From Lingula anatina (taxonomy: Eukaryota; Animalia; Brachiopoda), in contig CM120647.1 in NCBI GenBank assembly GCA_051362555.1, positions 17,026,651 through 17,090,650 of the forward strand: 64,000 nucleotides of DNA. The letters are read 5' to 3'. Position numbers and translations under genes: made by a program. Below, piece after piece: positions 1 through 12,409 of this stretch. The first letter of the stretch is position 1. Every line of letters starts with the position of its first letter. The notes beneath the pieces were generated by a model that searched no databases, was not told where the DNA came from, and saw only the letters and a program-made list of their open reading frames with translations.

Positions 1-134
1 TCTATCTTCGCCAGCAACATTGGTAGCGAACATTTCATTGGCCAGGCTGGAACTGCAGCAGTCACAGGGGTCGCTGTGGTCGTTTTCGAGTGGAACGTAA
101 GGAGGCTCTCTCTCTTCTTGATTTTCTTCTTCTA

Positions 135-187
<53 letters not shown>

Positions 188-3100
188 GGGGGGGGGGGTA
201 TTTCGTTTTTATTTTCTTTACTCTTCACTATTTTATTTTTAAAGATGCATATTAAGAGAGTTGACATGCCAAATTATTGTCACTAAATACCAAATACCAT
301 CACATATAGTTTCAAAAGGTATAACTAAAAAAATACCACAGAGTTTCCTTACCACCAGAAATCTGAAGAAAATCCAGTTTCAAAACATTACCTTTATATT
401 TGGCTTACTTTTTTGGACTTTTTTTAAATTTGTATGCGGTACAGGGAGTGTACACAGCTATACTAGTACTCCGGCTTAATTGCTGTGCGTCTTTTATCTA
501 TAGAAATATTTGTTCTCTGATGCTGTGGATACATTTTCATCACATGTATTATATTTTATAGGCTATACCATGTCTGCTTGCCCTGGGCTGGATATTCCTC
601 CCAGTCTATATCGCTACTGGGGTAAGTATCATTACTTAAGGGAGCTGCTTCCATAGGCTGCATTCAGAAAAGTGGACTAACTAGTCCGCGGGTCAAATAT
701 GGCGACCCACTAAAAAGCTTGCCGTCTAATCCGCTAATAGACACTGAATAGATTCCCCTTGGGGAAGTAGGCCTATTCAAGTGGGTCGGCCATATTTGGC
801 CATCGGACTAGTCACTCCACTGATTTGAATGCGGACTTAGAGGATATACAGAATGAGAAGAGCCAAGTGCTAGCTAGGCCACGACCTAAATATGGCAGAC
901 CTACATGAAAGGAAGACTGCTTAATCCTGTAATGGTCTCTCTGCCTCTCACACTCCTCCCCACGCGTCCTCCCTGCAGGGGCACAGTAATTAAATCTCGG
1001 CTCAATTCAACCGGTCGAGGGACCACGCGTGGGGAGGCGTGTGAGAGGCGAAGAGACCACTACATTCATCAAAAATCACTTCTAAGTCGCCAACATATTA
1101 AATGGCATTTTCTTATGAAATTAAGATTGAAGCAAACACGAATATACGAGAAACTACACTTTAAAGTATAGAGTACAGATGAAAAATGTTCCAGATAGTT
1201 AGATCTATAGTTCATGTTTCTATCACCTGAACTGTGGTCTATTTGCAAAACTTTGAAAGTGGAAAACTATGTGGCGCAAATGACCACTCTCAACGTCTTA
1301 GTGGGTATCCAACAAAAAGACCTTATCCTTATTCTGGGCATATAAGTATTTATGAAGACAATTTGAATGAAATAATAATGAAAAAAGTAAAACTGTCTCC
1401 ATACATTTGTTTGCCAGCGTGTACAGACCAAGGGAGATTATGACACAGAGTTATGAAATATCATCTGGCTTGTTCTAGCCATATTCTTTTATGATGAATA
1501 TAATAAATATGCAGGAGACTGTTGATTTACAATGTACATATTTATTTATATCCTTCATTGCCAGGTATATACTATGCCAGAGTATCTGAACAGGCGATAT
1601 GGAGGCCAAAGACTGAGGATATACCTCACCGCGGTGACCTTGATCATCTTCATCTTCAACCATATATCGGTACGTTATCTATCTTCACAGTCGGAGGCAT
1701 CCAAGGTTTTATTCACTGAGAGAAAAAAATGGTGGAGACAATGAATGAACTATTTAAATATGAACTGCTTCGTGGTTCATGACCAAGGTTAAGCATCTTA
1801 TATATATATATACACCAATCTTTCCGTGATTGAGCACTTCTGTGCCTGTCGTAGGCCTATAAATTAAACGTGGGCCTGCGTCTGCATTCTCGACGAGGAA
1901 TAATTCTTGCCTTTGACAAGTCAAAGGTTCAAATATGTTACACCCACTTGCCTTTTGCTGTATATATTTGAATTCAGGACTTATTGTTCTTTTTTAGCGA
2001 TGGGATCATTCACCCGATCACACGATGTCAATTCTGCTTAAATTATACCTGTACGTGCCAAAAAAATTAACCATTGCCATTGGTCTCTCCCTGAACATTT
2101 TTATGTACAGACACAGATGTGTCTGTACATATAGCCATCATCTGCGTCTGTCGTCGCCGTCGCCGTCGCCGTCGCCGTCGTCGCCGTGCACTTTTACCGA
2201 TAACACGATAAGTGGAAAACTGTTTTTTCTTTTGGCTTGAAACTTACAGAACTGATGAATATTCGTAATACGCAGGTCAAGTTCGAAAATCAGCATGATC
2301 GGGTCACTTATAGGGAATTTATGCTGTTTTTTCACTTTTTTCAGCATATATGCAGCACCGATAACACGATAAGTGGAAAATCATTTTATCTTTTGGCTTG
2401 AAACTTACAGAACTGATGAATATTCATAATACGCAGGTCAAGTTCGAAAATCAGCATGATCGGGTCACTTATAGGGAATTTATGCTGTTTTTTCACTTTT
2501 TTCAGCATATATGCAGCACCGATAACACGATAAGTGGAAAATCATTTTACCTTTTGGCTTGAAACTTACAGAACTGATGAATATTCATAATACGCAGGTC
2601 AAGTTCGAAAATCAGCATGATCAGGCTATTAATATGGAAGTAATGCATTTTTTTCACTTTTTTCAACATTTATGCAACACCGATAACACAATATTTGAAA
2701 AACCGTTTTACCTTTTGGCATGAAACTTACAGAACTGATGAATATTCTTAAAACGCAGGTCAAGTTCGAAAATCAGCGTGATCAGGCCATTTATATTGAA
2801 GTTATGCAGTTTTCTCACTTTTTTCAGCATTTATGCAACACCGATAACACAATATTTGAAAAACCATTTTACCTTTTGGCATGAAACTTACAGAACTGAT
2901 GAATATCTATAATACGCAAGTCAAGTTTGAAAATTGGCATGATCAGAGCATTTTCATAAAAGTTTTGCTGTTTTTTCACTTTTTTTCAGCATATATGCAA
3001 CACCTATAACACATTTTAAGGAAAATCGATTGCCCAATTGTCTTGAAATTCACAGTAGTGATCAGTGTTACTGAAATACAGATTAAGTTTTGAAAATAAG

Positions 3101-6100
3101 CTTGATCAGTAAAGGTTTGGTGAAGTTATGCCTTTTTTTTTGTATACAAGTGATTTTTTCTCTCAAATTTAATTCTCAGGCATGCTAACAGTCTCATTTT
3201 TGAACTAATTAGATATGTTAAGTTGTTCTTTTGACATTTTCTGCATCTTAACAACATTGTTAGTTGATTATAAAAAAATAATGGTAAACCTGATATTGTG
3301 TATTGTTTAATAAGTGACCAAAATGGAAAAAAAAAACATATCTTTACAGTTTGTCAGATTCAACCATTCACTATGTTCAGAATTTCAGAATGGAGCAAGT
3401 TGGACATTTATAATTGTTCTATTGATATTTTTGATTTTACAACATATTTTTTGATTGATCATATAAAAATGACAATAAATTGATTATTTTGCTTTATGTA
3501 AAAAAGGTGTTGAAAATGGAAATAAACTCTTTCAATACAGTTTTCTCTTGTTTACATTTTGGGATTTTCAAAGTATGACTCTGAACTCTATAGGCTAGTC
3601 ACATTTTCTGAATATCCATGATACTTTTATTTTATTATTAAACAATTTATGGTTATTATGCTGTTAAGCATTGTGTAATATTGCATCAAAATTGAACAAA
3701 ACCCTATTCTGGGCACTGCCTCCGTAGTGGCGGTGAAAGGAAAACCATGTCACTTGCTCTTCTCACACTTACAGGAAAGAAACAAAGGTTAAGCTCTCTG
3801 CTAGATAACATAGTGTCCATAATAAGGAAGCAGTGAATAGCAGCTTCATTGGAATTGTATTTTTGTTGTTTTCTTTTTAATTTTTTCTCCAACACTGGCA
3901 TTTTTAAGATGTGATTTTTAACTCCCATCCACCTGAGGCTCTGCACATTTTCAGTATTTCCACATAAGCAGTTGTATTGGTATTTATGTCTTTAAACACG
4001 CTGTAATATTATTTTATGCACTGTCATCATTTTTATGTACAGACACAGATGTGTCTGTACATATAGCCATCATCTGCGTCTGTCGTCGCCGTCGTCGCCG
4101 TCGCCGTGCACTTTTAACGATAACACGATAAGTGGAAAACCATTTTACCTTTTGACTTGAAACTTGTGGAACTGATGAATATTCATAATACGCAGGTCAA
4201 GTTCGAAAATCAGCATGATCGGGTCACTTTTAGGGAATTTATGCTGTTTTTTCACTTTTTTCAGCATATATGCAACACCGATAACAAGATAAGTGGAAAA
4301 CCATTTTACCTTTTGACTTGAAACTTACAGAACTGATGAATATTCATAATACGCAGGTCAAGTTCGAAAATCAGCATGATTGGGTCACTTTTAGGGAATT
4401 TATGCTGTTTTTTCACTTTTTTCAGCATATATGCAGCACCAATAACACGATAAGTGGAAAACCATTTTACCTTTTGACTTGAAACTTACAGAACTGATGA
4501 ATATTCGTAATACGTAGGTCAAGTTTGAAAATCAGCATGATCGGTTCACTTTTAGGGAATTTATGCTGTTTTTATGTACAGGCACAGATGTGTCTGTACA
4601 TATAGCCGTCACCTGCGTCTGTCGTCGCCATCGCTGTCATCGTCGCTGTCGCCGTCGTCGTCGCCGTGCACTCAGTGATAACACGATAAGTGGAATACCG
4701 TTTTACATTTTGTATTCAAATTTACAGAACTGATGAATATTCATAATCCGCAGGTCAAGTTCGAAAATCAGCATGATTGGGTCACTATTAGGGAATTTAT
4801 GCTGTTTTTTCACTTTTTCAGCATATATGCAGCACTGATAACACGATAAGTGGAAAACCATTTTACCTTTTGGCTTGAAACTTAGAGAACTGATGAATAT
4901 TCATAATACGCAGGTCAAGTTCGAAAATCAGCATGATCGGGCCATTTTTAGGGAAGTTATGCTGTTTTTTCACTTTTTTCAACATATATGCAACATTGAT
5001 AACACAATATAAGAAAAACAGATGGGCCAATTGTCATTAAACTCACAGGAGTGGTCAATCTTACTAAAACGCAGGTTGAGTTCGAAAATCAGCATAATCT
5101 GTCTATTATTTTAGAACTTATACTTTTTTTTCACATTTCCTCAGATTCAATTCTTAGGCATGTTAACAGTCTCATTATTGAACTAATAAGATACGTAAAA
5201 GTGTTAGTTTGATATTTCCTGCATCTTTACAACATTGTTAGTTGATTATGTAAAAATGATGGTAAACTTGATATCATGTATTGTGTAATAAAGTGTCAAA
5301 AATGGAAATAAACTCATATCATTGCAGTTTGTTAGATTCAATCATCCACTATGTTCAGAATCTCAGAATGGAGGAAATTGGACATTTAACACTGCTCTGT
5401 TGATATTTTCCCCATCTCATCAATTTTCTTAGTTGGTCATATAAAAATGGCAGTAAACTGTTTATTTTGTTATATGTTAAAAAAAGTGTTAAAATGGAAA
5501 TAAACCCATTTCAGAACAGTGCTGTCTTGTTTACATTTTGGCATTTTTAAGATGTGACTTTGAAGTACCATGAGCCTGCAGACCTTTGCTAGTCACATTT
5601 TCTGAATGTCCATGTTACTAGTATTCTATTATTAAAAATTGATGGTCATTATGCTGTTAAACATTATGTAATGTTGCATCAAAATTTGAAGAAACCCCTA
5701 TTTTGGACACTGCTCCCATGATGACCATTTAAGGAAAATCATTTCACTTACTGTGCTCAAACTTACAGGAAAGAAACATGGGTCTAAATTACATGTGTAC
5801 AACTTTAGTAGGCAATGCAGTCTGTTTGGTAATTTTTTTCTGGCAATTAAACATTTTTTTGTGAAAATTTTATTTTTCACTTATTGGCATTTTCAAGGTG
5901 TGACTTTGAAGTTCCACGAACCTGAAGACCTTTGCTTGTCACTTTTTCTGAATGTCCATGTTACTAATATTCTATTATTAAAAAATTGATGGTCATTATG
6001 CTGTTAAGCATTATGTAATGTTGCATCAAAATAGAAGAAAACACAATTTTTGGTGCCGCTGCCATGATGACCATAATGAGAAAACTGTGTTACTTATGAC

Positions 6101-6976
6101 TATCAAACCTTTAAAAAAGAAACACTGGACTAAAATGCAGCCTGAGTTGGAAAAGCAGTCTAATTGGCTTCTTTTTCTGGAAATTATACATTTGAGTGAA
6201 ATATTCATTATCTCTTTGGCATATTCATGGTGGGACTCGGAGCTCCCATGGACATGAAGGCGAATGGTATTCAAATTTTCTACATGTCCATGCTATTTAT
6301 AGTCAATAATCAAAAATTGGTGATAATTATTCTGCAATTTATTATGTAATGTTACATCAAAATTGACAACAATCTTTTTGCACTGCTACTGCAAACATTA
6401 TGAAAAGAAAACTGTGTTACTTATTATCATTTTTAACTTCCAAGTATGATTTTAAGGATTGGCATGCAGTTCAAATTAGAAAGCCAGGTCAATTGGGTTA
6501 TCATTTATTATTGACTTTATGCAATTTTGTGTGAAATTTTCATTTTTCTCATTCTGGCACTTTGTAAGTATAAACTTGAACTCTGATGGGCCTGTAGCCT
6601 TATACTCTTACTTTAGTCGGTGTTACTTGTTGTGCATAATTAAAATTTGATGTTGACTGTGCAGTTAAACATAATGTATTATTGCATCAGAATTGGTAGT
6701 CTCCTATTTTGTGCATTATTGTTTTGTGCTTTTCTTAAGATGTGACTTATGGGCCTGAGAGGCCTATGAGAGGGTCAGTCTGTAAATTTCCCTTGGGTAT
6801 CACTTAGCTTAGTTTTGAGTTATAAATTCATTTGCCTAATTGATTATTAATAGGCCATTAAATGAGATTACATAAAGCACACTTGTTGATATCTCCCTGT
6901 AAACTACCAAAGGTTAAGCTCTCGGCTAGATTAATTATAAGGAAGCAGTGATAATTATGGAGGTAAATTATGCAGG

Positions 6977-7011
<35 letters not shown>

Positions 7012-10000
7012 AACACGAAGATGAAAAGTTTGAATAGCAGCATCATTGGAATGATATTTACCTCAGGCTCTGCCAAGGAGGTTATATTTTCACCCCTGTT
7101 TGTCTGTCATCAACATAACTCAAAAAGTTATAGACGGATTTCGCTGAAATTTTCAGGAACTGTCAGAAGTGGTTCAATGATTAGTTTTTGGTGGTGGTCT
7201 GGCTCAATTATCAATCAATAATCAATAATAATCAACAATTGCTGCCTTGGCAGAGGTCTGCACTCTCGGAGTGCTTTTCTAGTTTTGTTATGTTTTCCTT
7301 TATAATTTTTTCTCAAACACTTGCATTTGTGACTTTTAACTCAAATCCGTTCGAGGCTCTGCACATATTCTGTATTTCCACAGAAGCAGTTGTATTGATT
7401 GTTTTTATGTCTTTAAACATTATGTAATATTATTTTATACACTGTCATCATTTTTCAAATATTGAGACTTTCATCGTGCGACTTTGGTCTCTCATGGTCC
7501 TGAAACTGTAATCTTATTGAAGGGGTGGATTGAGACCATCTTCTGGGTCTTCCGGAAGACAGTCAGGTTATTAAGTTTATATTGACTGGTATCTATTTTT
7601 TTTTTCTGTTGGAAGACCATCAAAGTGGAGGATGGATCAACATAGATACTTTGGAATACTGTCAGAAAATATCTCAGGGTCCGCTCCTGTTATTGACCAT
7701 GTTACCTGTTGTGCATGATTAAAATTCAGTGTTGACTGACAGTGCTATTATAAGCATTATTTATTATTGCATCAAAATTGACAAAATGACCTTTTTTGTA
7801 TCTTTATTTTCTGTTTTTTGTCTGTACATTTGACAGCTTTGCTGCCTTGTTTCAAACTAAAGGTAGCCGTTGTCCAGAATTCGAATGTCTTGTGCCATTA
7901 TTAGAGTCCTTGGCCCTGCAGCCCAAAGCAACATCATGAGCAACTTTACTGATAACTCCGCATGGCCAGAAATGTGCAGCATTTACGCGATACGCGAGGG
8001 CGCAACAGTAGGGCTTCAGGTGACTCAACTAACCAATCACAGCACAAGAATGGCATCGCACACAGACTCTGTGATAAGTGCTCAGCCCATTGTCAAGTAG
8101 TGTTAGTTCATGGTGACAAGCGTCTGATATGTGCAGAGAAGTTTATTATTATAATATATATTGTTCTTATTGTTGCATTATTAAATCTAACTCTGTATCC
8201 AAGTAGTAACTATAATGTACCAAGTCAGGTACTGATGATGTACAGAGGTCATATATTCCAGAACAAGCCATTACCACTGATTTATAACTTTCATTTTTGT
8301 TTAATATGTTATTCATGAAAGAGTTCATGAAAGATTATTTTAATTTGTTAAATCGTGATCTTATTCTTTTTATATTCAAATAATTGAATATTGCGGGTAA
8401 AATTGGTCTTCCACTTCTTATTTGCATTTTTCCTTTACTACAATATTATTTCAGAACAGTTGCAGCATTAAAATTTTAAATAAATAGCAATCTGAAAGAA
8501 GAATTTTGCATAATCATTAAATGATGATAGGAATTTGGATTAAGAGATTAGTTAAATACTGAGTAGTGACATGGTCAGTCAATTTATGTAGAATCTGATA
8601 ATATGATTGAAAATACTGATTGAATTCTTGGCCTTGCAGTTTTACATTTGTGCCAAGTGCTCTTTTTAGACTCCATTGTACAGTGGTAAAAAATCTTCAA
8701 TTGCCATGAATTTTTTTAATCAGACTCTGTATGTTACTGCTATCAGCTGGTGCTATCGGCAACGAATTAATTTCCCTTTGTTTCTGAGTGAATCTACCGT
8801 CTAAAATCACTATTACTGAAAATATTTGCGTTTTGCTGAGGGTAGTCTAGGCAATATACGGCAAACTTCTTAGTACGTGTGTACAACAGAATTTTTTTTA
8901 AAACCCTAGCGATATTTGGTCAGGAGTTGCTTGAAGCATAGCACAGCGTTGCTGTCTATCGGCATCAGGCCGTTAGTTTGTCAATTCTCACGAATTACCC
9001 ACGAATCGCGAACCCATTCATTTTCCTATGGCAATCTAGCAACTCATTAAAAATGCACGCATGCGCAGTGGGCTAGACGTGACGTCATGCAGTGCATTTC
9101 TGGGGATGGCCCTTTTCATTGGGAGTAATTCTGTTGATTATAAAAGTGAAAAGGCCGACGAATTCAGTTTCAGTGTTCGACGTCATAACAGCGTAATGTG
9201 CGAGAAAAGGCAGGAAATTTATGTGCATTACTTTTAGTTTTTTTAAACCATACCTTTATGTCACCGTCGTGATAACATCATCGCCATCATGGTTGCCTCG
9301 TTCCAGGTCGACCTGTACAGTGGTGCCATCTTTATTCAGCAAGCTATTGGCTGGAGTATCTACACATCCACGTTCATCTTACTAGGGGTAGTCGCCGTGT
9401 ACGTGCTCCTAGGTACTGACTGGTGAGAAGACCGGGTGATTTCTTAATGGTAGACTTAGACTGGGTTTCCATGCCTAGATCGATCCATCTGGATCGGTCT
9501 AACTCCCTGGGGAGTCTCTCTAAATTGCTATCAACTTAAACGGCTTAAATGCCTGTCATGTCTACCGAAACCGCTTGGGGGTAAAAATAATTACCCCCTA
9601 ACAGTTTTAATAGGCGTGACAGACATTTAAGCCGGCTAAGTTGATAGCAATTTAGTGAGACTCCTCAGGGAGATAGACCTATATAAATATCTTTGGGAAT
9701 GGTCCTTTAGCGGTCAGATTCAAACATCGTACCAGCTGGACCGATCCAACTCTGCGGGGGATTCTCGCTGAAGTGCATTCAGTGTAATCAGCTTCACTGT
9801 CTGATGCTCGTCCCTAAAAGGATAGTTTATTAGTTCATTACCCTGTAGCAAACTCTATGAGGCGTGTGTGCTATTTAAGTCGATTACAGTGATTGCACTT
9901 TGGAGGCATCCCCTGCAGAGTTGGAGAACGGTGGGTTTATCTGAACGCACCCGTAGACGTGGGAATTAGATTACGTAAACAGTCAGCGTTGGTGTAAACC

Positions 10001-12359
10001 TGTTCCTCATTATTGACTTGATTTAACGTCAAGTAATTTGGTTATATATTTGTATGATGTCCAATTTTTTGTCACAATGGTTTTAGAATATCATTCCTGA
10101 CCTCTTACAGCTTTAGCACACACACAATGAGTAACATTATGTTAAATATTTGGAATAATTTAGATAACTTTCAAAGTGAGCGCACCGTGAACAAGAAAAT
10201 TATTAAAAGTCATATGATCAAATAACGCTTTGTGCATGATTTGAATACACGCAGTTTAGCTGCTCTATATTCATCACCCAAAATAAATCTGTCTACGTTC
10301 TTGTTCGCGTGTTTCAGGGGGTCTCACCACAGTGATATTTACTGATGCAGTCCAAGTGATCGTCATGCTCTTAGGGGGCATCGTAGTCTGTATAATGGGT
10401 GAGTGCTCTCTCTGTCTCTCTCTGTCTCTCTCTCTCTCTCTCTCTCGTAGATTGATTAATTGCTGATTGGTGCCCATTAAATACCAAAACCACATAAATA
10501 CGATTTTGTGCCAAAAAAAGCAATAATGATAATAATAATCCCATGCAGTGAATGCTAACTGTAATCCCAACCCTTAAGGTTTTGACAGAATCGGTGGATG
10601 GAACCAACTGTTGGTAAAATACATGAACGCCATCCCGGCCTCGGCCAATGCATCCAACAACACGGCGCACTGCGGCTACCCCCCTGACGACGCCTTTCAC
10701 ATATTTCGAGATGCTGGAGGACAGAGTTATCCGTGGCCTGGCCTCTTTCTGAGGACCAGCATAGCAGGTTCCATGTGGTTCTGGTGCGCAAGTCAGGTGA
10801 GCGGTTTTGAGATCAACTGTTAAAAGTCAAATATCAACAGATCATAGTTCAGAAAGAGGCCACAGTACTTTGATAATATTGTGCCCGTTATGGACTTTGG
10901 GGAGCAGTTTCCTTAAATTAATCACAGCAACAGTTTGAGAAGTCCAGAAAGTCATACATAAAATTTGGTACGGAAGGGAAGGGAAATAAGAGGATAAAAA
11001 TAAAAAGTGAATAGGACTGACAGGTTTTATGAGATCCAGCAGTGTCGTGATGCTTTGCCTGATTGTATTTCAGTTAACACAGCAACAGTTTGAGAAGTCC
11101 AGAAAGTCATACATAAAATTTGGTACGGAAGGGAAGGGAAATAAGAGGATAAAAATAAAAAGTGAATAGGACTGACAGGTTTTATGAGATCCAGCAGTGT
11201 CGTGATGCTTTGCCTGATTGTATTTCAGTTAACACAGCAACAGTTTGAGAAGTCCAGAAAGTCATACATAAAATTTGGTACGGAAGGGAAGGGAAATAAG
11301 AGGATAAAAATAAAAAGTGAATAGGACAGACAGGTTTTATGAGATCCAGCAGTGTCGTGATGCTTTGCCTGATTGTATTTCAGTTAATAGTCCAGAGAGC
11401 ATTGGCCGCCCGGTCAGTGACCCATGCCAAAGGCGCCACGCTGTTGGCGGGAGTTTTGAAAATCAGCCCAATGTTCCTTATGGTGATACCTGGGATGATC
11501 AGTCGCATTCTGTTTCCAGGTACTGTAGATCTTGCTTTATGTGTATTTTAAATCGTTTTTGTCCAGTTACCTGCCTATGTGCTAAAGTACATGTAGTAGT
11601 GAATATAACGTGACGTATGTGTATAGAAAGGTAGGCAAATAAATCCAATACGTTGTGGTGTACATGGAACTGCACCAGTGCTTGACAAAGCACGCGTGAG
11701 CCTGTTAGGAAAGGAGCAATGTGATAACTGAACTAAAGAGTAGATGAGTGAAAGAGTGAGTAGGCGAGTGAGTAAGTGAGGAAGCGAGTAAGTGGGAAGA
11801 CACCTATCAAGTCCAAATACAAAGTCGATAACTAGTTTCTAAATAGAAAATAAGTTTTTACTATCTACGAGGCGTTACGTTAGATATGTAGAAAAAGCAT
11901 TAACTCTCTTTAGAAACAATATTTTATATGAATTACAGAAGAGAATTGAAACCATACTTCAAAGTCGTCCATAGTTTTAATCCGCTATTTCCAGTTTTTC
12001 GTGTAATAAAACATGCCCATGACGTCCCATATTTAAACACTTAGATGAGGTTGCCTGCGCCACTCCTGAGAAATGCATGGAAGTTTGTGAAAACCCAGCG
12101 GGCTGCAGTAACATTGCCTATCCTAAGCTTGTCTTGGAGGTGCTGCCACCAGGTGAGCGAAAAAGAAATAGAATGTATGTGATTGTGTCCTAATATGTTT
12201 ATTTTGTGTTACTCTCTCACGGCGTTTTTTGTGATACCAAAATTGATTAATAAATGAGTACTAGTGGGGATTGCTAAAGCAATGAAAAATTGCTTTTGAC
12301 GTAAAGGAAAACATTTTGTAGGCTATCTTGGTGGTAAATATTAACGTTTGTATGGACGG

Positions 12360-12409
<50 letters not shown>

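Noticed and set aside
2230-2310. Hammerhead ribozyme in the 161-bp satellite (CTGATGA..GAAA motifs)
   Set aside because: Stem II is not closed next to the core, stem I has no partner, and the cleavage triplet is wrong; the upstream GAAAC is only 9 nt from CTGATGA, too short for a type II fold.
10274-10791. Minus-strand ORFs over SLC5A exons, and similar antisense ORFs over the other genes
   Set aside because: Antisense shadows of GC-richer coding exons with no independent support.
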